DNA of 64,000 nt from Trichoplax adhaerens (taxonomy: Eukaryota; Animalia; Placozoa), in the NCBI RefSeq assembly GCF_000150275.1, contig NW_002060943.1, positions 10,510,209 to 10,574,208 of the forward strand, read 5' to 3'. Position 1 is the stretch's first letter; each line of letters begins with the position of its first letter. Both the position numbers and the translations under genes were made by a program. This document shows, in pieces, positions 13,308 through 26,920 of this stretch. The notes under the pieces were generated by a model that worked only from the letters and a program-made list of their open reading frames with translations, was not told the origin of the DNA and did not search any database.

Positions 13308-16300
13308 CACAAGTTGGAATGGCATATCACCTATGATTATTTACGTAATGCAGTCTCGTTTGCGAACCGAGTAACTGCTTCACTGTGATAATTACTATCG
13401 AAAATTTTAAATTCGTATATAAATATAGTTATAATCCACTCTTACTGACACAACTATCGCATTTCTTTGCTTATACGGGCATTAGCAGTATTGCAACAGG
13501 TACGTAAAATCTCAGATATTAACCTAATTAGTAAGTACGATATCGTAATACGTTTCATGTAGATAAATAACAAACAATATATTTAATAAATAATATGTAC
13601 TTGCGACCTAACGCGACATGATCAAAGATACAATTGTACACTTAGCAGAAGATTTGCTGGAATTCGTAACCGATGAACAAACGCTTAAAATTTTACTATC
13701 CCTATCGCTGATAATAACGGATAACGAAGCTCGTTAACTTTTTGCTGTATTGATATTAATCTGACGTATACCATTTATTTTAAATCGTTCATTGAAACCA
13801 CTTTGTACTACAACTGAGTATTTCTTGACATAAAAATTATATAATGATTGGCTGTAACTGCAGATATACAGCAATACGTTTTACTAAAAAATATGATGGC
13901 TCCATCTTTTTTTTTGAATAAGATTGGACCATTGATAGCTGATCACTCACAGTTTTAAAAAAGTGTAATACTTAAAATACCTAATATCTTGTTATGAACG
14001 AACACTCAATAGTGAGAATTATAAAAGCCTATATCTAATGAATTATAACGGAAAATGATTGTCGTGGCTATAAGTAACTTCATTAAGTACTTTTTTAATT
14101 TCACGCGCGCTAATTTTATACGTCAGTAGATTACCTGAGAATAGCACTGACTCTAATTTTTCAATTTTTACGCGTATAGCAATCTATTTATTTTATATAA
14201 CAATACATATCAAATATTATAGGGTAAGATTAAAGTGATGTGCAGTGATATGACATGCCTTTCCCAATGCAGAGTATCTTCAATTTTGGATATCTGTTTT
14301 GCTGCGCACCACATATACGAACATGGTCTTAACCTAGCAATACTAAATCCATTTGCACTGTGTTGTATCATTGTTTTACTGTAGCTACAAACATAATTCG
14401 TAACATAACGTGGTTACTGACTATATACTAATTGACAATCAACTAATTCTGTTGTTAATCTATTTATTGGTGAAAATATCTGTATCTTGTCTAAACCATG
14501 TTACTACTGACGACCACGTCTCATTCGACGAGTAAAAAATTATCAGACTTATTTTTTCTTTCTAAGTTTATTTATAATAGATTTTATAAATTTTTTTATT
14601 TGCTAGTCTAATTAAATGAATGACTCAGACGTAAGAAAAGCATTTTTCGTATTATTACCATAAATGCACAGCACATATTACGATATATAAAATCGTATAA
14701 ATATCTGTATGCTAATAAGGACTTTCTTGAATGTATACATCTCTAAATTATATATTATAATTGCTACGTATTTGCAACAATAAACTAATAGAAAGACTAA
14801 ATTTTTTGTATGTCTCTGTGTTATAGAATGATGAAAATAGAAGTAATATCTCTAAATTTAAATGGAAAGTAGTGCAGCTTGGTTAAACTATATCATCAAT
14901 ATCACTGTTATAATCTCTTGGATGAATTGATTGGCAAATCCTGATTTGTGTAATTCTTTCTATAACCACGATTTAGTTAAAGCATTGATATCAATGTAAT
15001 TAGTACGCATTAATAGTACCGAATCTATTCGAATCGGTAGCTCGTTGATAATGGTGTTGAGGGACCCCCGGGGGTTAATCAGGAACAGGCTCCGAACTGC
15101 TATTCGCCAGAAAAATATACTAAAAATGCGTCATATACGCGTAGGTGATATCTAATGACTCTTGACGATTACAAAATGGTCCTAAACGTTGTTTCATAAT
15201 ATAAAAAAGTAGATAGCGAACTACTTGTATTCTCATATATTGAAATGCGGCGATTAAGTGAACTATGAAAAGTCTTCAATTGATTATCAGATATCTGTGT
15301 ATAGTACTGTTTGTACATGTATAGTAATCTACAGGTTAAAGATAACCTACCGATAGTATGCTAATATAATCAATGCTCAGAAATTAATCATAGATTAATA
15401 AATTTTCAATTACGTTTCATGAGATATAGGAACATTTAAGAGCTGTGGTTCGTCTATAGGACTATGTAGTGTTTTCGTGCGATGAGAATAAATTTAACTT
15501 TAGTCAAGATTAGAATATGAATTTCCATATGATTTGACTCAATTTATGCATATCATTTAAATAAGGAAAGAATAGTTATGCTATAAATTGTTAAAAATCA
15601 AAATAAGGCCAAAATTTGAAGGTGGGCAATTATTCCGATCTCATATGATAGACAGCAGAACTTATAGAGGATTGGTAAACAAAATCTTGATTTATATTAC
15701 TTTTTTACTGTTATTCATTGTATCAAATAGTCTTTTACTGGAAACGCAAGTTTGTGGTTCAGTGAATTATTTTCTCTTACTTGCATTACGCTTGCAAGAT
15801 ACATCGCTGACGCAACATAGGAAACTGGCTATAACGGTAACATATGATTACATTACACTATGATAGGATGGTGATTTGATAACAGATTAGCAATTCATAA
15901 AAAATCTTTTTAATGGATTAAGTATTCGATTTAACTTGTTAACAACCTTGGAGTTCCTTCTGTATGTAGGCTACTTTATTATTCAGTGGCGTAATTATAT
16001 GAAACACTTCAATTAAATATTTTTTATTATCTGCTTTTAGGCGTATAATATCATCAATGATATCTACCTAACAGCGCGCCATACTACGGTACTTTACTGA
16101 TATACTGTACAGTATACTGTAGTATTATCATGATTACGATCGTAAAGCGACTATGTACTGTAAGTTCTTGTTTGTTTTTTTATTATAAAGTACTTGTTAG
16201 TATTGAATCTTGGATAAATGATTAAATGATGGCGAGAGGAGAAAGCTAATGCCTACTAAATTCTCAATGTGCAACATCGCGCTAATATAGATACCTTTGA

Positions 16301-19300
16301 TTATATAGCTAGCTTTAATGGTCCTCCAAGCTTTATCCTCTACTGATATCAGTTTGACCACATTTTCAGTATAAAATTTAATATAAAAGAACAATAAGGG
16401 AACGCACGTAATTTATTAATAAGCCTGGTTGCATGAATTATTACCGTAGAGTACTACACTATATTCATTTAATAGAGTAAAATGATATCTATAATATTCT
16501 AAAGAAGAATATCGCTCTATATTATGAAAATAATGAAAATGAAATAAGAGTATAATTTTTTATTAGTTTATGCTCTAATGAAGATGCAAAATGAAGTACA
16601 TGCTATTACAAGATCTAGTTGATTGGCTAACAAAATTACTTAGGATTGTAGTAAAATTTTAATGGCATGTATAATTATCAGATAAAGTTTCTATACGGAT
16701 AATATTTAAATGCTAAATGAATATTACTTCTTTTTGCTAGCATGAAGTATTCTACTTCCTAGATTTGCTAAGATAATTCCTTATGCAATAGAGATCATAC
16801 AAATGTGTACGAACGTTGACGATATTCTCTGATATTGTTGGAATCTATAAAGATACAGGCAGATTGAAACCAACAAATAATAGGCCGTAAATACTGTGAA
16901 AAGATAGCTTTGATTACAAGATAAAGACTTCAGGCTAAGACCTGAAATAACCATTTACTAAAACTGTATGAAAAGGAAAATATAACACGGAATGAATGGC
17001 TAATAATTTTTAAACAAAAAATTCTGTTTTTAGGTAAATACTCTCATAATCTTTACATATTTTTCTTGAATTGTTCAAAAAGTATTCTAACTAAATAAAA
17101 GTTGTTCACAACAATAATAGTAAAAGCGTCAGTGTATATTAAATTTAACAATAGATTATAAAAGAATCCGTAGAAAACATATGCAATTCTGTCGAAAAAT
17201 GTACATCAGGTATGTTTTGAAAGTGGCATTTAACATTATTGTAGTATTGTGTATAGAATAACTAGCTATCAAATAACCAAGGCTGCGATCAATTTATAAA
17301 TGGCAAAAAATTTTTCGACTCTAACAAAAGATTTACTGTGCTATTTATAGAATCCAATCACTCCAATCTTTTTCATCGTTCACTTTGTATCTATTGTCTG
17401 GGCCTTTTTGCCATCTTTAAGACGATTTTGGCATTTTCTTTTCATTAACTCGATAAAATCCAGCTACGGTTCAATTAAATAAGGAGTTAATTGTTGGTTG
17501 TATTTAATTGACCCAGTTCATAGAGTTTTTTATCCTGTAAAAATTGAATGAGAAGCTAAAAAATAGGACAATGAACAAAGAATACAATTTCAAATATCCT
17601 ACTTTGAAGCACTTTCTCTTTTATTATTACGCTCTATTTTTTAAGGGTTTACATACCAGATCATACACTATTGGATTCATGGAAATTATGGATAGACATC
17701 ATAACTATGATAAAATAGGTTGAATGATGCTACGTATTTAAAAAATGGTATTCATTATAGTTAATGAAAGTTTATTTAGTCCTTGATACTACTCATTCAT
17801 TCATACGATCAACTCTACCTTCTCTTCAAATCTGTTTACTGAATTTCAGTAACTTCTGTCTTTTACCCAAACACGAGAAAAATGATTTCCTTAACAAGTC
17901 GTCGAAAATCTTATTCATTTTAGATCGTTAAAGTTTCTTTTTAAAAGTCAACAGGTGTTGAGTCTCTCCATTCAAATCCTGATGACATCCCACTTCATCA
18001 GCGATGGCACTGGTAGACATAATACTATGATCAGCAAAAGAGAAAAAGATCGACTTAAAAATGAAACAATACCTTAGTTACGTCATGAAATATTACTATA
18101 AAGAATAACATACAGACAGTGGAAATCGAGTAAATATTGTATTGCCATACAAAATTGGATTATGTTCTTCCAATCAAGTTGTCGTAGAACGATAGTACAG
18201 AAAAATTACCCTGAATTTTCATTTATCATCCTGGCTAACTATTGTTCGACAAAGTTTTTGTTTTAGTGAATAAGTAATGTGGATATACCTTGAATAATTT
18301 CACTAAATTCATTCTATTAGCATTTACCACGTCATTTATGTCTAGGTATTAAAACAAAAATTTCTTTTCCATAGGGGTATACGCTATATCTACTTTGTGA
18401 ATGACTAGCGTCTCATTTAGGCAATATAAAATCATTTCTTACTACGATATTACTAGAAAGAATATACTAGTAGAGTAGAAAACTTAATGTATAATAGGTT
18501 AGGAACGAATATTGAAATAGCAGTATCTAAAGGTACCTGTTTCAAGTGAAATCTTTTAATTTTGTTATTTTCGAAGAAGAAAATAGAAATTTAAAGCGAA
18601 TCTAGGTAAGTTTGATTAAATTTATAGCCTCGATTCGTTTACTATAATTACCTTGGTCTACTACCGTGCCGGGCAGTTACCTGAAATTCGTTGTCTTGAA
18701 TTTGTGATCGATCTGATGCTACTGTACTTCGTTGATATCATCAGGAGTAAGCTAGTAACTGGCATTAGGGATTGCTGTACTCTTGTATTAGCCTGATCTA
18801 CGTCATGACTATAACGCTCATACAAGTAGTGTCAATGATAATGAAATGATCAAGCTGTTCCTTTTATTCACTTTCTTATTTAAAGAAGAGAAAATTTTAT
18901 TCTCTGCCGTATACATTTTTGGCTCGCATTTTTGAAGCAAAAATTTTGTTTTTGTAAATAATGTTAATTTAGATTCTTAAGTTCTTCTAACTTTGTCCAT
19001 ATATGCCCTTTTTGATCATGTGAATTTAAGCAGTATTGAGAGACCATTTTGTATTATTCAATAATTCATTCTTTCCGACTGGTCGTCAACTGAATGCATC
19101 GATTTCCTTAACATCTGCCTTTTGTATTAGTATATCAAGCAATTTAATATAGATATTATAAAAAAAACTGCACCGATACTGCACTTTTTTTCAAGAATTT
19201 TCATTTTATCGTTTTCCTACAATATCGACAGGTCGCAACCTTTGATTCAAACCGCAACGAAAGTACGGTAGATAATTTTTCCAAACGATCAATTCCTTCT

Positions 19301-19318
19301 CTTAATCTCAATAAAATA

Positions 19319-20789
19319 ATGCCAAAGGTATTCTTGATCAAGAAGAGAAAGCTACATTATCCTTACTGTTCTGTACGTTCGGAGAAATACAACCATGATA
19401 AACACTGGGGAACAGCCATTTCAACCAAAACAGGTGATCATTTTTATTTTTATACTTTTACACGTTTTCTTTCTGTCGATTTAATGATTTTCATGTAACT
19501 GACATATAACTATCCTTTTACTGATACAGTAGTCTGTCTTGTGACTCGTCATAAATTTTAAGCTTCTTTTTGCTAATTTTAGTAACATCTACAACTTACG
19601 CTGTATTAATTTTTCATCTATAAGCTATCTTTGCCAGTAACTTTATTTTTCCTTAAGTTCCTTTCAATCTTATTTCAAATATGCAGTGATCTGGTAGTTC
19701 TCTCCTCAGTTGTTCTAGAACTTAGCGTAATTTTTTGCTTTTTTTACGTGAGTTTAAATTTCGTTCTTCTCACAGCCTGAATCTCCAATTATTCTGACAT
19801 TTATTAACTCTATCTTGCTATTTCCTTTTCCTTTAATCGGATCTGATATCTCCTTAGACAATTGCAAGGTTGACGACTATGGCACAAATGAAAAAATTAA
19901 AATAGCTTGCGCTAACGGGAGTAAAGGGCACATTGAAGTTAGGACTGGCTTCATTGCGAAAAATACCAATCGATCGGTAGCTAACAATATCGACATTAAT
20001 TCACGACAATCGTTGGATTACAATAACGTCGTTGAAGAGAAAAATCGCGGACAAGCATTTACTGAAAAAATCATTAAACCGTCAAGTAAACAATATAATA
20101 TTGAAAGTCCTAAGAAACATCAAACAGATTTTACAAAACTTAGTCGAAGCTTAAAAGTTGCCAACGGTGCATCATTTCCAATACGGGAATGTGTAACGGC
20201 AGATACATTTCAAGTTAAAAATGGTCAATGTAACGCTAACAGCAATGACGATACCGAGAACAATAATTATTCTCATAATAACGCAAACAGTAGTAATGGC
20301 AAGAAATCTCGCTATACATGCGCTGAATGTGGCAAGCAGTATGCCACCTCATCCAATTTATCTCGTCATAAGCAAACTCATCGTAGCTTAGATGGCCAGT
20401 TGGCACGACGATGTAAGTATTGTGATAAAGCTTATGTTTCTATGCCGGCTTTAGCTATGCACGTTTTGACACATGAGCTTGCCCATAAATGCAATATATG
20501 TGGTAAAGCGTTTAGCCGTTCATGGCTGTTACAAGGGCATATGAGAAGTCACACTGGTGAAAAGCCATATGCGTGTGCTACTTGTAACAAGCGTTTCGCC
20601 GATCGATCTAATCTAAGGGCTCATATGCAGACTCATTCTTCCGTAAAATCCTTCCAGTGTAAAAATTGTGGTAAATCCTTCGCTCTTAAGTCATATCTAA
20701 ATAAACATGCTGAATCAGGTTGTTGTAAAAATCGTGGTCATCGAAAAGAGAAAGGTGATTTACATGAGCTTAGCAACAGTAGTGAATAA
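19319..20789 (+). CDS. scrt: Scratch-family zinc-finger repressor, 348 aa; exons 19319-19433 and 19858-20789
   Basis: Exon 1 (missed by the ORF track) reads MPKVFLIKKRK... The phase-1 intron GT(19434)...CCTTAG(19857) restores frame. Scratch-diagnostic fingers CGKQYATSSNLSRHKQTHRSLD, YVSMPALAMHVLTH and FALKSYLNKH; 5 fingers. Confidence 0.95.
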
Positions 20790-22998
20790 TCAACAATCGA
20801 ATAAATTTTAGCGAATTGCTTACTTAAGAAATGTGGCTGGTATATCTCCGACTAATAAGAAAATTATCATAACTTATATAAACAGCAAGCAAAGAAAATT
20901 GACGAATCCCTAAAACAGATGTATTATGCAAAGATCGAAATATGAATGTGATTTATATCAAAGTTTAGATCCATAAATAACGTATAATAATATGCTAGGC
21001 AAATCAAACAACCAGATTTGCAAGGAAAATAGAGCATTGTATATCTTATGTTGTATAAACCAGTTTTGAAATAAATGATTATAGAGAGTGAAAGCTTCTA
21101 ATAGGTTGCATAGGTAAGATCTGTTCGTTATTATCGATAACTATAGTTACTTCAGTATACAATAATATAATCATAAGCGAGTATAATATTACTGTTGTAT
21201 TCGTATACGAAAGGCATGTATCCTACTTTATCCAAATCGATGTAAACGATATTAATATTCGATAACATATCGTATAATGTTGTAGGATATCGCGGTGAAA
21301 ATATGAATTAATTGTAACATTCGATATGACGACTGTATTAAGTTCATGGCACTCGTAATACTATTCTAGAAATGAAAGTAGAATCATGATCCTTATTTGC
21401 TTGCAAGCGTTGCGTATATTATTATTACGTGAATGTTAGCTTGCAGTAGCTATGGTGGTAAACACTGTTCCCTATTAGGAGTTCTTGTCAGTCCTTATTT
21501 CTTTATGTAAGTAGGAGCATTCGAATACTAACGTCAGTTGCTATACTCAATTAATTTATTGATTAATTGAAGATATTATCATACTTTCATAGCTTTCCTT
21601 AAAGATAATTTTATACATTTTCACTGCTTTATAACTGACTATAATATATTTATAAACTATCTGCTCTATTATTACATGAAGATAAACGAAGAAATTTTCT
21701 ATGTTAAATGTATTTGATGTGATATATCCATCGTTATAAATATCCAGACCCTAATTTTCAGTTTAAATCTCTATGAAATCTATACGAATTTACTAACAAC
21801 CTGAAGAAATACATAATCTCTTTTAATGCCACAACGAAACTGTACAGAGATTTTGTCTTATCCTACATTTGGCAGCTAAAATGTATAGATTTATGATATG
21901 TTCAAATTTATGAAGATCGCCTCTTTGCGTAGAAAAATTATCTTGTAATAAATAGATCTAAAAATTTATGTAGTATAATCACGAATATCTGCTTTCATGG
22001 ATAATGTGAAAGTCCAAGGCTACATACATTAATTGCTTAATTATTATTGGCAACTTCTTCGCTCTATTCGATATATCATCGCCGATATACAATTATGCCG
22101 TGCTGTTATAATAAAATTTCATGCCGTAAGTTTCAAATTTCAGTTTATACGTATAACTCTAAGCTTAATGCGGATACGATACTATAAATACTAAATACTG
22201 ATACCGCCAAATAGAAAATTACATTACTATAATTCGTGGATATTGAAATTTACAGAATTCCATGACTACAGGTTGCAACCATCTGTTCACGATTCAAGTT
22301 TTGCTTCGAATTTATAGTGCTCATTAATATCTCATGAAAAATTCTTCAGAACAAATTTCAATTGTTGTGTTGTTCTAATAATATTTTACATCTGCTTTGG
22401 CACAATATCGCGTCATAACTTGAAGCAGTGACATTTTTATAGTCTCCATTATTCTTAGCAATTATAGTCAGTTATTATATTTGAACCCCGAATATGCATT
22501 ATACGGCATTCGTATGCATTAATTAATTATGTATTGTATACAGTGATGCATACCGAATCGACAATTTTAATTTTAAATTTTATTTTAAAGTCAGGTAGTA
22601 CAATATGCGAGTAGTATACCATTTATAGTGTTTACTTGGTCAATGCACCTGTCGGTTAATTTACATGAGTAGAATAGCAATGATACGGTAACCTTTGTGA
22701 AAATTGTATTATGTCGAATGAAATGGTATAGACTATGTAGTCTTTTGATAATATGATTATTGTTAATAATACAATGCATAGGACATACACTGAAAAGGGC
22801 TCACGTGCCATGGGTAAATTTTTTCGTTCAAAGAATGTTGCTTAAATCTGTCTACCGTACCAACAATTTGTCTAAACATTTACTAGACTCTATAAATTTC
22901 ACTCTGGTGCACCCACAGTACAGTAAATTACATTAGCACTACGTACTGTACACACTACATACTCGTAGTATAATGTATTCGGCACTACAAGTAAGATA

Positions 22999-23035
22999 GC
23001 TAAGGTAGGGACTACTAAAGAAAGAATGGCTAAGG
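22999..23035. mobile_element. P-like DNA transposon relic (asymmetric footprint) with 7-bp target duplication
   Basis: GCTAAGG (22999-23005) + TAGGGACTACTAAAGAAAGAATG + GCTAAGG (23029-23035). The insert begins with the same terminal motif as the copies at 23331, 29903, 30170 and 53514. Confidence 0.55.
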
Positions 23036-23330
23036 CTTACAAAGAGAGTGCATTTCACTGGAATATACAATAAATGTTTTTATAGAAGAGAACTAATTTT
23101 ATTTTAAGAAGTATAGACAGGGATGAGGATAGTTCATGCAAACATGCGTGTAGAAGGCAGTCATGATGATAATGAATTATATGTTAGGTTCAGATCTGCA
23201 ACTTCGTATTCAGACTTACTTCCTTATATCCAATTTCGGGAATTGACTACAACTTATGTTTATACGTATGTATGATGTTATGTGCCCGGTACAAGTATTT
23301 ATATGGTACAATAATCTTAGGGTATTTATC

Positions 23331-23373
23331 CATGGACTATTCAATGTTTCTCGGGAATATTTAGTAGTTCATA
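23331..23373. mobile_element. 43-bp degenerate palindrome of the CATGGACTACTA family
   Basis: CATGGACTATTCAAT...ATTTAGTAGTTCATA; arms match 11/15; flanking duplication not preserved. Confidence 0.45.
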
Positions 23374-26300
23374 TCCTATCTGAGTCACGGGTACAATTAC
23401 TATAACAATGAAATGTGTTGTTGGAATTATTTGAAATTATTATTCATAGTAGAAAAAATATAGATTTCGAAATTTCGCTTCGATGATGTTCTGTGACTTT
23501 TTTAGGTGCTATTCATGCAATAATCACTATATTTAACTGCAGCGGTAGTATACAGATTTAGCACAGTATGGTATAGGCTAGAGTCCCGATGCTGAGGCCT
23601 ACAGAATAAGTGTTTTTCAGATATGACCTGCAAATGAACCATTACAACCATACCCGTCAAACAGTCTTTGCATCTTGTAATGAAAATTAAAGAGTGATAA
23701 CAACATGGTAGTCTTCTAGAAGTAAACCAATTACTGATCAATGATACAAGGTTATAAGAGTATTTTTATGTAAAATGTTGCCGTAAATTAAGTAAAGTCC
23801 CTTAAAATAACGAAGCAGATATATGAGAAATCACTATCACTTTTTAGTTTCCGACCAATCCAACTAATATAGTCGGTTCGTTGCTAGGCGTAGCCTTTAT
23901 CTGAAAAAGGTTTTATATACTACAGAACGAAGTACAGAATGTCTGACAGGTCTTTGTTCTCTGGAGTCCTCTGCATGTGAATAAAACTTTGTGTCAATGC
24001 TATTTTAACAATGCAGTAACTCTAGCTGTGCTAATTAGCGATACTAAAAGAAAAAATTTTGAATAGTCGTTGGTACCGACTGTAAGTCGTAAGACCTTTG
24101 AGAGAGAGACCGTTCTTCGCATAGTTGTAGTCACTACGTTACCAAGTTAGCTAAGGCATAGTAGAAATAATAATTACCACATAAAATATAGCCTATTTTA
24201 TAGGATTTTAAGAGTGATCAAATTTAGAAAAAATCTATCGATACAGACTTTTCTAATGCGGGATCAAAACTATCTTGCAGCAACAACGTTCCAGCGGCTA
24301 CAAAGTGAACCCCACTACTCTGTATCGTTAGTAAACGCTAGGTCTATTGTCTCCGAGTAGACTCCAACGCTATAGTCCAATAACTCAATTGCTCAGCACA
24401 TTCCACGATAGCTGTTAAATAGTACAAGCAAGGAGCTTCACTGATACTGTATACTGTATTACCGTATTTTTTTATGATACTGGTAAATTTTTACCATTCT
24501 TAGAGATGACAGGGTACTGAAAAAATTTTCAAATTTGTGTAGTTAACATAGTATAATATTTTCAACATTATAATACTGTATATTGCAATTATATTAGTGC
24601 AATAATCTTTGTAAATCTAGATAAATATGGTTAATATAGACACACATGCATAAATTTACGAATTTCATCCGGTCTGGGAAATCTAATATGGTTATTCTGT
24701 GGGATTCAGTTAGCAATGAAATTTGGCTTTCTAGTTGTTGATTACTCTACTTCAATTCCTCTTTTTAGGACGAGATAGTGCAAAATTTATGTACTGTATA
24801 TCTTTCCAACTCTACGCATTGATAATCCATCTAGTATACTGTATATAAGCGTATATAATATCATTAGTAAATTTGCCGTATTTTATCAGTGTAAATGTCT
24901 GTTTATGATAGCAATTCCAAAGCTCGACTTGACTACATTTCCCCGTTTTAAAGAAATGTCCGTAGCGCTATATGTTTTTATCGTTGTCAGAATATAATCG
25001 TATATCAAATGACAAATCGACAAGTGTAATAACTACTATTGCTTATCTTTCAATTTCACATGATGTTGTTGATGACAGTTGATCATACAAGAGCGTAGAT
25101 TTATAAGAGGATAATCTCAGGTGTAATATAATAAAGATAGCTATTGATGCAAACCTAATTTAATCAAATTCTAAGACTTTAAAATCATCATCAATCAACT
25201 AATTATTATCTACGAATTTACTCGTACAGTGCTCTAGAAATTAAAGATTAACAGGTGCAGACTTTCACATAAAAGTTATGATGAACGAATCATATTATTT
25301 AACCTCTGATAATTTACAAAAGAATAGGCTTGTTATTAAAGTAGAATCAGCACGAAGAGAGCTTAAAGTTTTAAAGGCCATATCGTAGAAATTGAGTATT
25401 GAGTGAGTTCCAGTGCATAAATGCTGTATCTTCATTGTGCTTATTATTTACTTGCGTGTATATAGAACGATATTCTACTGATGTCGTCTAAAATCAAAAT
25501 ATTGAAATTTACTTACTATAGATATTTGCTTAACTGTGTACCATTGTCAGCTAGCTAAATATCTGTAGACAGTTTGTATTCCTTATCCATGTACACTTGT
25601 GCGGCGTAATAATTTGCTAGAATAACACAATATCTAAGGATTTCTTTCGTTGCACTATTACCTTCGACAGTTATGTTTACTGAATTTTTTGCCTTAGTAT
25701 CAAGATTCAGGAGATCTGATGCATTTAGTAATGACAATAGAAATAAGCAATACTTTAAAATCAGTAATTTAGGTATCATTCTAAGGTAACGATAAGATGC
25801 TATCTAAACTCGCACATATACCGCATCTGTTCTACCGCAACAAATTTTAATTACTTTTACTGTATAATATCTTTTAAAGTACTGCTGCGAACCTAACAAT
25901 TCTTTAAACTTTTCCGGAAACTTTATCTAATCTACTTATTGAATTTCATAGCTATTCCTATTTATGTAGTGATGTCCGATAATAGCTATCCTATCAATTT
26001 TATTAATCACACATATCTGTAACCGCATTGAAAGATAGCGGTAGTGGTAGTCATAGTAATATTTAGGCTGATAATCTTGCAAAGCACATAAACGCTATTT
26101 TATTCATGTTTGTTAGTGTAAATAACTAAAATCTAGTTTTATTGCGCAAATTGCATTCCCAGTTATATTCTAAATTTACGATAAGATACTTAGAAAGCAA
26201 CTTTCAATTATCAATGTAGGTCTGGGATACCATCCAGTTAGAGTAATTTTAAGGCTATTAGTACTTAATTACTGTAAACAATATATCACAAATTATGAGT

Positions 26301-26715
26301 TGCTTCTGCTAATCATTTTCGTCTCTGCTATTATAAATTATATTCCAAGCAAACATTTCATCATCGTTAGACATGCTATAAATGGATCACATTAACAAAC
26401 AATATATATTCTAATAATGATCAGCTATTGACAAGTATGATATCTTTTACTAGTTATACAATAATACTGGTTCAGAATATAGGTTTCTTTTATTGATATT
26501 TAAATGAATTGAGCGTAATTAGTATTCAAGGAAGGCCTACTGGTACCGGCTTCATCTATAATATTCTTACCGATAACGGTTCATAAATTATGTATCGGTA
26601 TATTAATCTTATTATTCCATAATTTATAGGGAAGGGGCAGGGAATTTCTCTATTGATTAGATGACCACTCTTTCAGGAGTAATTTTATAGTAGTATTAAG
26701 GGACTGGAAGATACT

Positions 26716-26724
26716 TATAAAAAG
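26716..26724 (+). promoter_or_regulatory. Probable TATA box of the GPCR gene
   Basis: TATAAAAAG about 200 nt upstream of ATG 26921. Confidence 0.4.
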
Positions 26725-26920
26725 GTAGAAGGGTGTTAGGAATTTTTAAAGTAAATTAGATCATGTTAGAACTTTTCATCAAGCTAATATGGAATCTAGA
26801 GCTCTAGAGATGAGCAGAAAGAGTGAAAGAGATATATTGGCAATGTGCTATTAACTATGCTTCGTTTACTACCTTTCTACTCCGGTGATCGATTTTTTGG
26901 TGTACGAACAAGGTCAAGAT

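Noticed and set aside
22485-22560. Imperfect inverted repeat ATTCGTATGCATTA...TGATGCATACCGAAT
   Set aside because: Short and AT-rich, with no TSD or second copy in the window; cannot be distinguished from chance.
11240-25779. Short ORFs in the Snail intron and intergenic gaps (11240, 11320, 15588, 16197, 22591, 23502, 25555)
   Set aside because: They are 60-91 aa, AT-biased, lack motifs and have no consistent splice partners; such ORFs are expected by chance.
26640-26649. GGGAATTTCT, an NF-kB-like site upstream of the GPCR
   Set aside because: Single imperfect match with no supporting context.
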